This document shows positions 11,363-23,168 of a stretch of DNA of 64,000 nucleotides, piece by piece. The first letter of the stretch is position 1, and the number at the start of each line of letters is the position of its first letter. The notes beneath the pieces are model-generated. The model searched no databases and was not told the DNA's origin. It saw only the letters and a program-made list of their open reading frames with translations. The DNA lies in the NCBI GenBank assembly GCA_043228905.1, contig JBHGNT010000015.1:18786001-18850000 (forward strand), in the 5' to 3' direction. The DNA comes from Azolla caroliniana. Its lineage: Eukaryota; Plantae; Polypodiophyta. The position numbers and the translations under genes were made by a program.

Positions 11363-13813
11363 CTCATAGTCTTCCGTTGCTTAATCACATAAGTGGCTTG
11401 CTTGACTTTTTACATTGACTTCGCTGGTAGGGTTTGTTTATAATTAGGCTTCATAGACAAGCTCAAGATTAGGCTTTATATGTAGGCGACAAGGTAGGAA
11501 CCATTGTTATGCATTTTAGGTGGGCTTTCTAGGTAGTCTTGGAACATGCCAGAAGTCTTTGTTTGGGCCCCTCAATGAATTCATGTTTGGATTTTGCTCA
11601 TAGGCTCAAGATGCCAATGATGTGACACGATGCGAGAAGGCAAGACGAGCAATTGTGGACCTTGTGTGATCATGGCTTTGTTGTAAGTGCACTAATATGA
11701 TCACTTGAAACGATCAATGAATTTAGACTTGTGACAAAATTTCACCTTAGATGCATCCAATATGGTTCATGCCATATTCATATGGTTGATATATGTAGTT
11801 CTCACATTATAAGTTATTTTATATTTATTTTGTTTCATCCATTAATCATTTGCCTTTTGTTTTATAAGGTCTTTTGTGTTTATTATATTTAATCCATTAA
11901 TTTTTTATGTCTTCTTAAAATCGTGTCAATGCTTTAGTGTTAAGTTTGAGTAATGTCAATAACACAATTATTTGTTATCAACTAGCGACTGAAATCATCA
12001 TCAAATGAGCTATGAATATGTACATATTCTTTGTAGTTTAAACATACATTGCATTCTATGGTAAATGAAGGATTTTGTGAATTTGCAATACTAGTATCGT
12101 AGCAACATGAATGCCAACGAATGAGACAAACGGCATTTATGCAAACTTTCAAGTTTTGTGGTCATATTGAGGAAAAAAAGCCTATGACTTAAACCACGTT
12201 TTTATAGAGTAAATAATAAATAGCCAAACATATATGAAAGTGACCTGCAAATAGTAGAGTATCTATAGATACTTAGAGTGTACATAGCCTGATTTGTATA
12301 TGCGATTCACCTAACTAATGGGAAGCAAATTTTTCTCAGGAAAAAAAATGACACTTCCATTTCCTTATTTGTCTTTGTGTATAATGGCAACATAATTAAA
12401 ATGTCAAGGGACACCTCTTGTTTCATGTGAATGAACTTTATGCCTTTAGAATTGTAATATAAATAATCAATTAATAAGAGAGTTAGTTTCAATGTTGAAA
12501 TCAACACATCCATCTCCAATAATTCATCATTCCGACGTTTGATTTGTAGACATTGTGGAGAAATGCACATTGGTAGCATTGGACATGAATTGGCATTTGT
12601 GGTGGCCCTAATTTAGACCTCAAGCATTCTAGGTGTTTTTGGATTGAAGGAAAGGTTGATGATGTTGTTTTGCCTCTTCATGTCTATCATTCTTTTGATA
12701 GGTTCAAGCTTATTAGACATGAAAGAAGGTTTAATGTGAAAATGTTACCTGATATTAGTTGAACTATGCATCTGAGTCAGGTTAGAAATTTAGAGTATCC
12801 TACATTACAAATAACGAAACTTGTGAGAGAAATTTGTGCAAGGAATACCAATCGAAAATCCCCTCATGGGACATTAATAAGAGATTAATTAACCTATTTG
12901 TATATGATGATGAAGATATTATCAATGTAGACCCACAAAATGAACATGAGCTTGACTTTGTAACCAAACGCAAGAAACAATATACGAAATGGAGAGCTTA
13001 GGGTGTGTCCTCATTTTTATGTTTGGAAATGGCTTCATTGAGCTCTCAAGCAATTATTGAAGTAGCAAAAATGACATTATGAGCATGGGAGATGATGAAG
13101 ATCGCTAAAGGTGCTAATGAAGAAGTACGCTATTAGGGCTTGTAGGTATTGCCAAGAGGTACATATTGGTTCAAGAGGACATAAAGTGAGGCTATGTGAA
13201 GGATTTAAAAACCCATGGTTGGCCAGTAGGAGGGGTTGATGGTATTATACCACCCGATTATGTGTGGCACGTGCCTAATCCAACAATTCATCTTAAAGAA
13301 CGAGTTGAAAAGATATTATGGGAAGGCTCCCACTATAGTCAAGCTTTTGATGCCACTTGAAAGGAAAAACATATTCTTAAATTTAACTTTTTTTATATTA
13401 GTTTTCCATTGTATGAGTGCAATGTTTTGGAAACATGGAGTATGTTATAGACATAACCTTGAGGGACCAACTCTTAAAGTTAATTTCAATGGTTTTAAGG
13501 TAGGATAGTGGGAACCCGATTTTCTTAGGGATTGGGAGAAACCCATAAGGAGGAAGCCTGATGGTATTGAATTGATCCCTCCAAGATTTGGAAAATAGTT
13601 CATCTTTTCTAAAAACTAAACAAATTTATACAATATTTAGTCCCAAAGATATCAAAATCAAGATACAACATAACAATTTTACAATGATCAACATGTTGCA
13701 TCGGGTATGAATAGAAACAAAATGGAAAGAGTGCCAGGGAGATATCCTTGAGTTTTGATGTAGCGAGTCTATGATTGACAAACACATTGGCTTTTGTCAT
13801 TGTAAGCCTATGT

Positions 13814-14204
13814 TGTCGTGTTGAATCGTCGAGATTTTATTTGAGAGGAAATCATCAAAGTAAATGAGATGGTTAGGGAAAGAGCATTGGATTATGCAAA
13901 ATAGATACCGAAGAGGATAGTTGAATATTTTTATGCGTTTTTGTTGACCTTTTGGTCGGTACAAGGAGTGTGGAACGGTGAAATCATCGGTGGGTTGTAG
14001 GTAAGTGGAGAGGGAGACGTGACCACCAAGATCAATTTGAGCGCATCCGAATCGTAAACAAAAACTTGGTGTAGGCGAGGATTAGACGAGATAGACGGAA
14101 GGGAGAGGGAGATGAGGGATCAAAGCACTAATAATAATAATAATAATAATAATAAAAGCTAATTAAGAAAGAAACACTAAATATGATTAAAACATACCCA
14201 TATG

Positions 14205-14252
<48 letters not shown>

Positions 14253-14760
14253 AACAAAACTAATCTTCATTAAGATAGGGTTTACAATGAGATAGGGGAA
14301 ATGGGAAGGGCCATTAGCCAACTAGTTTCGCCCCCTATGGGGCTCATCAGTGCTAAGTGGCCTTTGGGGGTTGATGGTGTTTATATAAGGAGGTTTAGGA
14401 GAGGCTTTGGAAAAATGAGAAAAAGGAGTGGGGAGTGGAGGTGTGCTAATGGGTATGATTGAAAAAGGGGAAGGAGAGAAGAGAAGGCTATATAATAAGG
14501 GGAAATATAATGAGGGGGAGAGGGTTTAATGTGAAGGGGTAATGTGAACATTGTCATATACACAAGAAGGAAGGGGAACCTCTTTACCCTTTTTGTTGGG
14601 CACCACTCCACTTATATAGAGGCCCAAATGGATTGTTACACATGCGTGCATGGCGCCAAACTGTTACACATGGCAACCACATGAATGGTTGCATGGGCTA
14701 TGGGTATGATGCCTCACATGACCACTCCACAATATATGTATTTACACCACTTAAATGACA
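13814..14760 (-). mobile_element. Possible old solo LTR of the TGTCG-ended Gypsy group
   Basis: Ends TGTCGTG..ATGACA, - strand TATA (CTATATAAG) near 14615, flanks ATGT/ACAC. Highly eroded. Confidence 0.3.
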
Positions 14761-15412
14761 ACACTTTAATCATCTTGAGAATACAACTTGACTTTAACCT
14801 TATATCTCTAATATATGTGACATGAGGGTGGTTCAAACTCTGTATTCGAAAGAAATACAAGGGTCAGACTTAGCCAACCTTTACATTTAACTCAAGCTAG
14901 ACAGTAAGACACACAACAACAAAGCAAAAAAACAATATAGAGAGATAGAGTTTTAACGTGGAAACCCTAATCGGGAAAACCATTGGAGCCCACTGACTCC
15001 AGAACAAAATCACTATAAGAGTGTTTACAAGAACTCAAGGCCACAACCTTGGTAAGGTCTTCATCTCAGTAGAAGAATATACACTGTGAACATGAGAAAC
15101 AAAGGAACGACATCACCTGATTTGTGCAGAGTCGTTAACCTGCACATCTACACTATTCACACTCCTTTTTCTTCTCTCTCTCTCTCTCTCTCTCTTCTCT
15201 TATAGTTCTCTATTTACCGTTCTCTTGATGAATGGGTAAATATCCCTATTTGTTGTAAACCAATTGTCTCATGGGCCAATTTTGGCCTTAGAAGACGTTA
15301 ATATATCTTTCTTTCTTTCTTTCTCACTGCAACTCACAACTCTCTAATGATGCTCCTTTTTTTATATTTTAGGGTTTATACATACACTTAAATACATACA
15401 TACATACATACA

Positions 15413-15448
<36 letters not shown>

Positions 15449-16077
15449 TATTTACATATTATTTATCCCTAGCTAGTCAACTTCAACCGATTTTGCACTT
15501 AGCCTTTGCTGGATCAGCTCCTATGCAATCATATTTGGCACTTAGTCGGCTCATAACCGACCCTTTTTACTATCGATAACAAGTGCAGTTTGCGGAAACG
15601 TGTGTGGATCTGTTGTCCGTTCTGAACAACAAACAACGCAGACAGAAAATAGAATAGGTGTGGAATTACACAGTGCAAGCTCTAACGGAAAGCTTTATTG
15701 CTTCGTTCTCACACTCTCTCAGAGATACAATACACATACGCTTCGTCTCTCTGTTAATCGTCATTCTATACAATGTTAGGTATTCGCTTATGTACTAAGC
15801 CCTAACTTATTGACGAGTTCACACTCGGACGGATACAACTTGGAAGGAGTTGGCCTTTTATGCCAACAAACTCCCCCGTAAAAGGACTACTCTTTCTTAC
15901 ATGTACAAGTATTTGGGGTTATCTCCCTCGTAAGCCTAGATTACAAAATTGATCTAAGTTTATATGTTACAAGTTGGTTGGCATGCAACCGAGTCAGCAG
16001 ATGTATAACATGTGTCGTTATTGTTCTGATCAGATCTTACCTTCTACTCGTTCGGCTTTCTTCTGCTCGGTCGCTTG

Positions 16078-19000
16078 TCATAGCCCCATTTTCGTCCTTA
16101 GTGCTCGGAAGCGTAGATCTGGGAGTGGCTTCGTCAGGCAATCGACAATGTTCACCTCGGTGTTGATCTTCCGGACTTCGAGTTTCTTTTCGTTTATGAG
16201 CTCCTGGATATGATGATACTGCACCTCAATGTGCTTCGTCTTTGCATGATAGACGGGATTGTTGATGAGGTGTATTGCGCTCTATGAGTCGCAATAGATG
16301 GTCGACGCTGGTCGGTTGTTTCGGTTTGCAGTTCCGAAGTTGGCAGTCAGTCAGTGTAGCCAGATCACTTCCTTCGCTGCTTCTGATGCTGCTATGTACT
16401 CGGCTTCTGTGGTAGACAAAGTCGTGCACTCTTGAAGTTTCAACCTCCATGATATCGCCCCGCCACCATGGGTGAAGATGTAGCCTGATGTTGATTTCCG
16501 ATTATCTGCATTTCCGGCATAGTCGGAATCGGTGTAGCCTTCGACTTCGGTTGAGGTTGTCAGTCCGAAAGTCAGCTGTGCATCCAGGGTTCTTTTTAGA
16601 CACCTAAGGATGTGCTTGACGGCCTCCCAATGCTTCTTTCCTGGGTTTGACATGTACGTGCTGACTACCCCTACGACATAGGCTAGGTCGGGTCGGGTCG
16701 CCACCATTGCGTACATGATACTTCCTACTGCTGATGCGTAGGGTATTTTTCCAATAAGTTCTCTCTCCTTGTCCGTCGAAGGAGAGTCTCTGTCTGATAG
16801 TCCAATCGACGTTGGAAGCGGTGTTGGTGTTGGCTTCACATTCTCCATGTTGAAGCGCTTCGACACCTTGCGGATGTATTCGGACTGGGAGAGTCGGAGA
16901 GTTTTGGTCATCTGATTTCGCTCTATCCTCATGCCCAATATGTGTCGGGCTTGTCCGAGTTCCTTCATCGCGAACTTTGCGTGAAGGCTCCGCTTCAGCT
17001 TACTGATCTCTGCTTGATTGCTTCTTGCAATCAACATGTCGTCTACGTATAGGATCAGATAGATCCTTGACTTGTCGGCTAGTTGTTGAACATACATGCA
17101 TGGGTCGGAGTCTGATATGTTGTATCCAAGCTGCCATATGTAGGAGTCAAACTTCTGGTACCACATTCTCGGCACTTGTTTTAGGCCATATAGACTTTTC
17201 TTTAGTCGACATACGAGGTGACTGTTCTCCCCCGTCGCCGTGAAGCCTGCCGGTTGAGACATGTAAAGGTCTTCTTCCAAATCTCCGTGTAGGAATGCCG
17301 TCTTTACGTCCATCTGCTCGAGCTCTAGATCTTCTGTCGCCACGACTCATAGTAGGAGTCGCAGGGTGGTCATCGTGACTATTGGTGAGAATATCTCGTC
17401 GTAGTCGACCCTGTATTCTTGTTTGAATCCTTTCGCGACAAGCCGAGCTTTGTACTTGGGTTTCTCTGAGTCGGATACATACTTGTATCGGAAAACCCAT
17501 TTGCAAGGTAGTGACTTCCTTCTAGCTTGTAGTTCGACCATCTCCCATGTATGATTCTGATGAATCGAGTCCATTTCGGATTTCATGGCTTGTAGCCATG
17601 TTTCGGCATCTAGTGCGGCCATAGCTTCTTCATAGGTGCTTGGTTTGCCTGCATCCGTGTAGTTGACGTAGTCGAGGCCTGGTTGGTAGAACTCTATTTG
17701 CCTTTGAGCTCGTCCAGATCTCCTGTGTGCCGAGATGTTTGGTTATGATCCTTTGATCAGCTCTGTTGGTTGGTCGCTATTAGTTGAACCATCTGTATCA
17801 GGAGTCTTGTTAGGTGTCCCACCCCCAGATTGGGATTTCGACGGTGTTTGGTTTTCCTCCCCTGTGGTTGTTGTCGACTCTTTTCTGACTTGTCTCTTGG
17901 TGACTTTGCCTTTATCGATCCTGGTCGATTTGACTGTGTCTTTGATGACTTTGTCTTTGAGTTCGACGATGGGACTTGTTGCCCATTCGGTGTCGGTAGG
18001 GAAGTTGGTAGCTTGTTGGAGTTCGATTGTTTGTCGAGTCTCCGATTCGGCCCAGTGGGTTGGTCCTTCTACGACAGTGCTGTCATCTTCGAAGGATACC
18101 TTCTTACCAAATGTTTTCTATTGGTTCCGTTGAGAGAAGATAGAGTCTTCATTGAAGACTACGTCGCTGCTCCGGATCAATTTCCGGTTCTTAGGGTCCC
18201 ATAGCCGATAGCCGAAGTCCCCATCGGATCCATAACCGAGAAATATGCACTTTGTTGCATGGGGTGCCAACTTTGTCCTTTTGTCCCTGGGGATGAACGC
18301 ATAGGCTTCGCATCCAAATATACGAAGCCTATTGTAGGTCGGCTGTTTGCCCGACCATTGTGCCTGTGGCACTTCGAGCTTGATTGCTCTTGACGATGCC
18401 AGATTTATCAGATACACTGCCATCTACAATGCCTCGGCCCAAAATTCTAGCTTCAATCCGGCTTGCTGGAGCATTGTTGTCACCCTCTCCAGGATCGTCC
18501 TATTGATCCATTTTGCCACTCCATTTTGCATGGGTGTGTAGGGAACGGTCTTTTGGTGTCGTATCCCTTTTCCAGACAGGTATCGTTTGAAGGCTCTGGA
18601 GGTGTACTCACATTCGTTGTCGGATCGAAGTGTCTTCACTTTGTATCCCGATAGGTTCTCCACTTCAGATATCCGTCGAGTGAAGACCTCAAGCGCTTCA
18701 TCTTTGGACTTGATGGAGTATGCCCAAACTTTCTGTGTATAGTCATCTACGAATGTGATGAAGTACCGGGAGCCTCCTAGTGATCACTCTGGCATGGGCC
18801 CACATATGTTTGTGTGCACGAGATGTAGGGGCTGTCGTACCGTCTTGTAGTGGAGAGAGTGCGGACTTCGGGTCTGTTTCCCATATCGACAATGCTCGCA
18901 GAAGTTCGTCTTTGCCTGGAGTTTCGGGATGTAGCCGACTGACATCAACCGATCAAGTCCGGCTTGAGACATGTGGCCATGTTGACCATGCCATAGGTTT

Positions 19001-20344
19001 GGGTCGGTTTTCTCGGCTATGTTCACAGCCCCTTTAGGGTTGATCGCCGTCAATGGGTATAGATTATTATACTTCTACCCACTACCGATTTTGAGGTTTC
19101 CTCGGTTGATCACCCATGTCGACTCGTGTAGAGTCGTTCGATACCTGTCTTCGGCTAACATGCCAATGGAGACCAGACTCCTCTTTAGATCGGGTACATG
19201 CCGAACTCGGTGCAGGGTTATTGTGTTGCCATTTGGCCATCTGATGGGAACCTCCCCGGTTCCGGCTATCTTGCAGTCCCTGCATGTTTCCTACTCGGAC
19301 TGTGTCGCTGGCGTCAACTGAATAGTTCGAGAACCATTCAATGTTGGGGATCACATGAAATGTGGCGCCAGAGTCTAGTAGCCACGTGTGTGCAACTTGT
19401 GCACTGTAGAGGACTTCTCCGATCATTGAGTCCTCTAAGGAGAGGATTTCTCCGGATCGGGTGTCGGCAACGTTGATCTAGTTGCCGACTGGAGAGTGGT
19501 CTGAGTCGGAACATCCCCGATTCCGCTCGGATCGCCGACCACACTCTTTTCTTTTTAATGACCAGCAGTCGGAAACATTGTGGCCAACTTTCTTGCAGTG
19601 TGTGTAGTACTCTCTTGATCGGCCCGTTTTTGACTTCGACCGTTGACGGTCTCCCCTTGTTTTCGATTGGCTGTAGCATCGACTGGTTCTATTGGCTTGT
19701 TCTTTTGTTCGACTCTGTCAGTTGAACGACTCGGTCGAGTGATGGGCTTCTGCCGACTCATCGATGCTTAGTCCCATCGATTTTCGCCTGATGTCCTCTG
19801 TGAGGACTTGGTCGATTGTTTCGCCCAAGTTTAGGATCGGTCGGCTATAGGCGTATATCGTGCAGAATACCTCCCAACTCGCCGGCAAGCTCGATAGGAG
19901 GGCAAGGGCTTTCACTTCTTCTTCGAAGTTGATCCCTTGTGATGAGAGCTCAGACAACACCCGACTAAAGGTGTTGATGTGGGAGGTTGCCGGATCGGTC
20001 TCTCTCATCTTCATGTTGAACAATTGTTTGATCAAAATCAATTTCGAAGATGAAGACTTCTTTTCATAAACGACCTGTAGCTTCTCCCACCATGAGAATG
20101 CTATCGTCTCTTTCGCCATGTTGAAATAAATGTTTTTGGCCAGATGCATTCAGATGGTGGAGCGTGCGATTTCGTCTGTTGATCTCCACTCCTTGGTTGT
20201 CATTGAAGCAGGTTTTTCGCTGTGCCGAATGGCTTCGACCTATCTTCAAATGATCAACACATCCTACATCATCTCCTTCTACAAGGCAAAATTTTTGCCG
20301 TCGAATTTTCTGATTTCAACTCTTGTTCCGGATGTTGAAGCCAT
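16078..20344 (-). pseudogene. Copia-A gag-PR-INT-RT-RH with stops and frameshifts
   Basis: KFDGKNF (gag), WLLDSGATFH (PR), RSDN..EY and TPMQNGVA (INT), QMDVKTAFLHG and LYVDDML (RT), YTDSDYAG (RH). Confidence 0.92.
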
Positions 20345-20474
20345 ATTCTTTTTGTGAACTTGAGATTTCTAACTTGGTCTTTTCTTTCAGCTTCTTCTAT
20401 TGTCTATTCCCGCCGAACAACAAAGATTCGCTCTGATACCAGTTGTCGGTAACGAGTGTGGTTTGCGAAAACGT

Positions 20475-21052
20475 TGTCGCGATATTCCACGAGTACGTGT
20501 AAGATCTTAGGCGGGACCGTGGGGGTCTTGGACTAGGGAGTAGAGGGGGAATGGAAGCTTAGCTCGAGAGGGGAGGAGAACGAATAGGACATAAACATAG
20601 AATGGATGGAGGCAAGATACACAAACGAGTTATATTAAGAACCACCAAACGCTTTACAACCATGGCCACATAGGCCGAACGAAAACACTATATGGAACCA
20701 TAACCAAATAAGTAAAGTAAAGAAGATGATGAAGAAGAAACCCTAAGAAAAACCCTAAACCCAAAATGGTATGAAGAAGAAGAAGAATAGTAAAACCCTA
20801 GACGAAACCCTAAAACCGAAATAGAAACCCTCGACCTAAGTGGTATACCTCTCTCACTCAAAATAGGCAACCCCTCACAAGAGACCCCTCCCTTCCTTTT
20901 ATAGCCCAAGGAGGGAGGGATGTTACAATGTGGGATAAATTCTCCCCCTTATTCTATACACCATTTTCCTAGTATACATGTGCACATGTTGCATATTGCC
21001 GACTTGCCTATTCCATCCCGGTTTCACACCAAAGCCGGAAATCTTCACGACA
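20475..21052 (-). mobile_element. Gypsy-group solo LTR inserted in the Copia-A 5' LTR
   Basis: The - strand reads TGTCGTGAAGAT...CGCGACA. The 4-bp TSD ACGT (20471-74 / 21053-56) is confirmed by the uninterrupted site GAAACGTGTGTGG in the other Copia-A LTR (~15595). U5 motif CCCCCACGGTCCCGCCT. Confidence 0.9.
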
Positions 21053-22445
21053 ACGTGTGTGGATCTGTTGTCGGTTCTAAATAACAAACAACGCAGATAG
21101 AAAATAGAATAAGCGTGGGCATACACAATGCAAGCTCTAATGGAAAACTTTATTGCTTTATTCTAACTCTCTCTCAAAGATACAATACACAGACATTTCG
21201 TCTCTCTGTCACTCGTCATTCTATACAATGTTAGGTATTCACTTATATACTAAGCCCTAACTTATTGACGAGTTCACACTCGGACGGATACAACTTGGAA
21301 GGAGTCGGCCTTTTATGCCAACATTTACATAGCCAGCTCTCTAGCAGGCTCCTAGTGCTTAGCTGGCTCTTAGCCAACCCCTTTGCACTTCGTCGACATA
21401 TAGCTGGCCCTTAGCCAAATCGACTTCTAGTCGACTGGCTCTTCTCCCATAAGGAGGGCCACCTTTTCACAACAATTTCATTGATTGACAAGAAAACAAG
21501 CTTATGATATGATATTCCCCTTCCTCTTGCTTCGAGAAATCGTTTTCTTTGTCGTGGCAATTCTTTCTTTCCTCCCTCTTATTCCCTTTGATGTCCATCT
21601 TCTTCTACTACTTCTTCTCTATTATTCATCTTCTTCCTCCTCACTTCACACATTTGTTCCTTAATGCTATTTGATGAAGAGAGAGAGAAAAAAGATAGAG
21701 AAGAGAGGAAAGAGAAAAGAATACTTCAATACACTAATAAGAAAAGAATACAATACTCTTATACTCCAAGAGTAACAACCCCAAATAAGTATTGCAATAT
21801 GCTATTACTAAAATAATCTTTCCGTCTTCTTCTACTAATCGTCTTCTCACTTATTCTAATCGTCTTCTTCTTCTTCTTCTTCACTTCTTCTTGTAGATCT
21901 TCCATCCTTCCTTGTAGATATTCTATGCTTCCTCCATCCCCTTAATTGCTAAGAATACTGCATATTTATAGGTTTTTAGTTGCGTTATTCTTGCTTTTTT
22001 CTTTTCTTTTCTTTTACATATCCTCGAGTTTGTGTGGTGCGTTTTTCAAATAATTATTTTTGGGTTTTCATCAAATTTTTTTATACAAGAAAGCTCTCTT
22101 TGTCAGCTTTCTTACGAAGCTTTTCTTTTGAAATTTGGATAAGAGATGAAGAAGTTATGAGCTTTTTTCTCTACCTTGCTTTTTCTACTTAATTTCTTGC
22201 ATTTTTCTTCTTTTTCTTTTTCTTTTTGCTTTTTCTACTTTTGAAAAACGCCTCTTTTAACTCTTGGACCTTTCATATCGTGCTTTATTCTTCTATACCT
22301 TCGCATCCAATATATTTGTCACGGTCTTTTCTTGTGAGCAAAAATTGACTTCACATGTTGATTTTCCCCCTCATAATGTGGTTTTTATAGCCTATTCATC
22401 AACCTTCATTAGGTGTTGGGATTTCGGTCCCTCCGGATGGGATGT

Positions 22446-22660
22446 CCGGATGATGAAGACCCCAGTTACGGAGCCGGATGAAGAGTACCCGGATACGGAT
22501 CCGGATGATGAAGACCCCGGTTACGGAGCCGGATGAAGAGTACCCGGATACGGATCCGGATGATGAAGACCCCGGTTACGGAGCCGGATGAAGAGTACCC
22601 GGATACGGATCCGGATGATGAAGACCCCGGTTACGGAGCCGGATGACGAATGTACCCGGA
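22446..22660. repeat. 55-bp U3 tandem repeat (~3.8 copies); same array in the 3' LTR at ~27285-27499
   Basis: CCGGATGATGAAGACCCC... starts at 22446, 22501, 22556 and 22611. Confidence 0.95.
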
Positions 22661-23168
22661 GAGAGATTCGGATGCGGGGACATATTTGTGAATATGTTTG
22701 CTAAGAGCCCTTGTGGCTATATTTGTAAATAGCCCGAAAGTCATATATGTATAAATATGACTTAGGGCAAACAGTTTATGTGGTTGCTTATCATTTTTCT
22801 GTTTTTCCACTCAAGAGGAGTGAAGTGAGAGCAGCCGAGAGAGAGAGAGAGATAGAGCGCGAGAGAGACGAAGAGGTAGACGCCTCTGTGTACTTCCGCC
22901 GCCTGTGGCGAGGACAGCGAGCTCAAGGTCGTTGCCTTGCAGCTCGCCATTGTATATTTCTCTGTGCATAGTTTGGTTCGGAGTCTCGCACTCCCGTGGT
23001 TTTTCCCGTATAGGGTTTTCCACGTTAATCCCTGTGTATCGCGTCTTTCTCTGTATTTCCTATTTTTCTGCTACATTGATCCGCGATTAATCGGTTGTGG
23101 CCGAGTGGTGAAGGTAAATCCAACCGGTGATTCCTTCCAAACTGGTATCAGAGCGACTGTTGCAGAAA

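Larger units (their letters stand above)
15571..21323 (-). mobile_element. Copia-A: full-length degenerate Ty1/Copia (Tork/Tnt1-like)
   Basis: TSD TTTAC (15566-15570 / 21324-21328). LTRs are 15571-15868 and 20444-21323 (298 bp once the inserted solo LTR is removed). PBS tRNA-iMet TGGTATCAGAGC at 20441-20430; PPT GGGGGAG at ~15877-15871. Confidence 0.93.
14841..21474 (-). mobile_element. Tork-like Copia solo LTR (14841-15570 + 21329-21474) split by Copia-A
   Basis: TG..CA ends. The - strand start TGTTGTGAAAAGGTGGCCCTCC resembles the other Tork LTR starts here. The U5 motif GTGGAAACCCTA..GGGAAAACCA is present. Flanks AACTC/ATTTC are imperfect. Confidence 0.55.

Noticed and set aside
11400-13800. 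Possible decayed DNA-transposon coding sequence (also 28000-29900)
   Set aside because: No motif, terminus or TSD could be identified by eye; it needs a translated profile search.
22446-22660. Regular repeats here and at 45415-45770 and 7299-7706 as CRISPR-like arrays
   Set aside because: The units are head-to-tail without unique spacers, there are no cas genes, and the context is eukaryotic TE DNA.
23127-23168. ORF-track start of the Copia-E polyprotein at 23127
   Set aside because: It is a non-ATG start overlapping the LTR end and PBS. The homologous elements F and H start at the MEGG ATG, equivalent to 23169.
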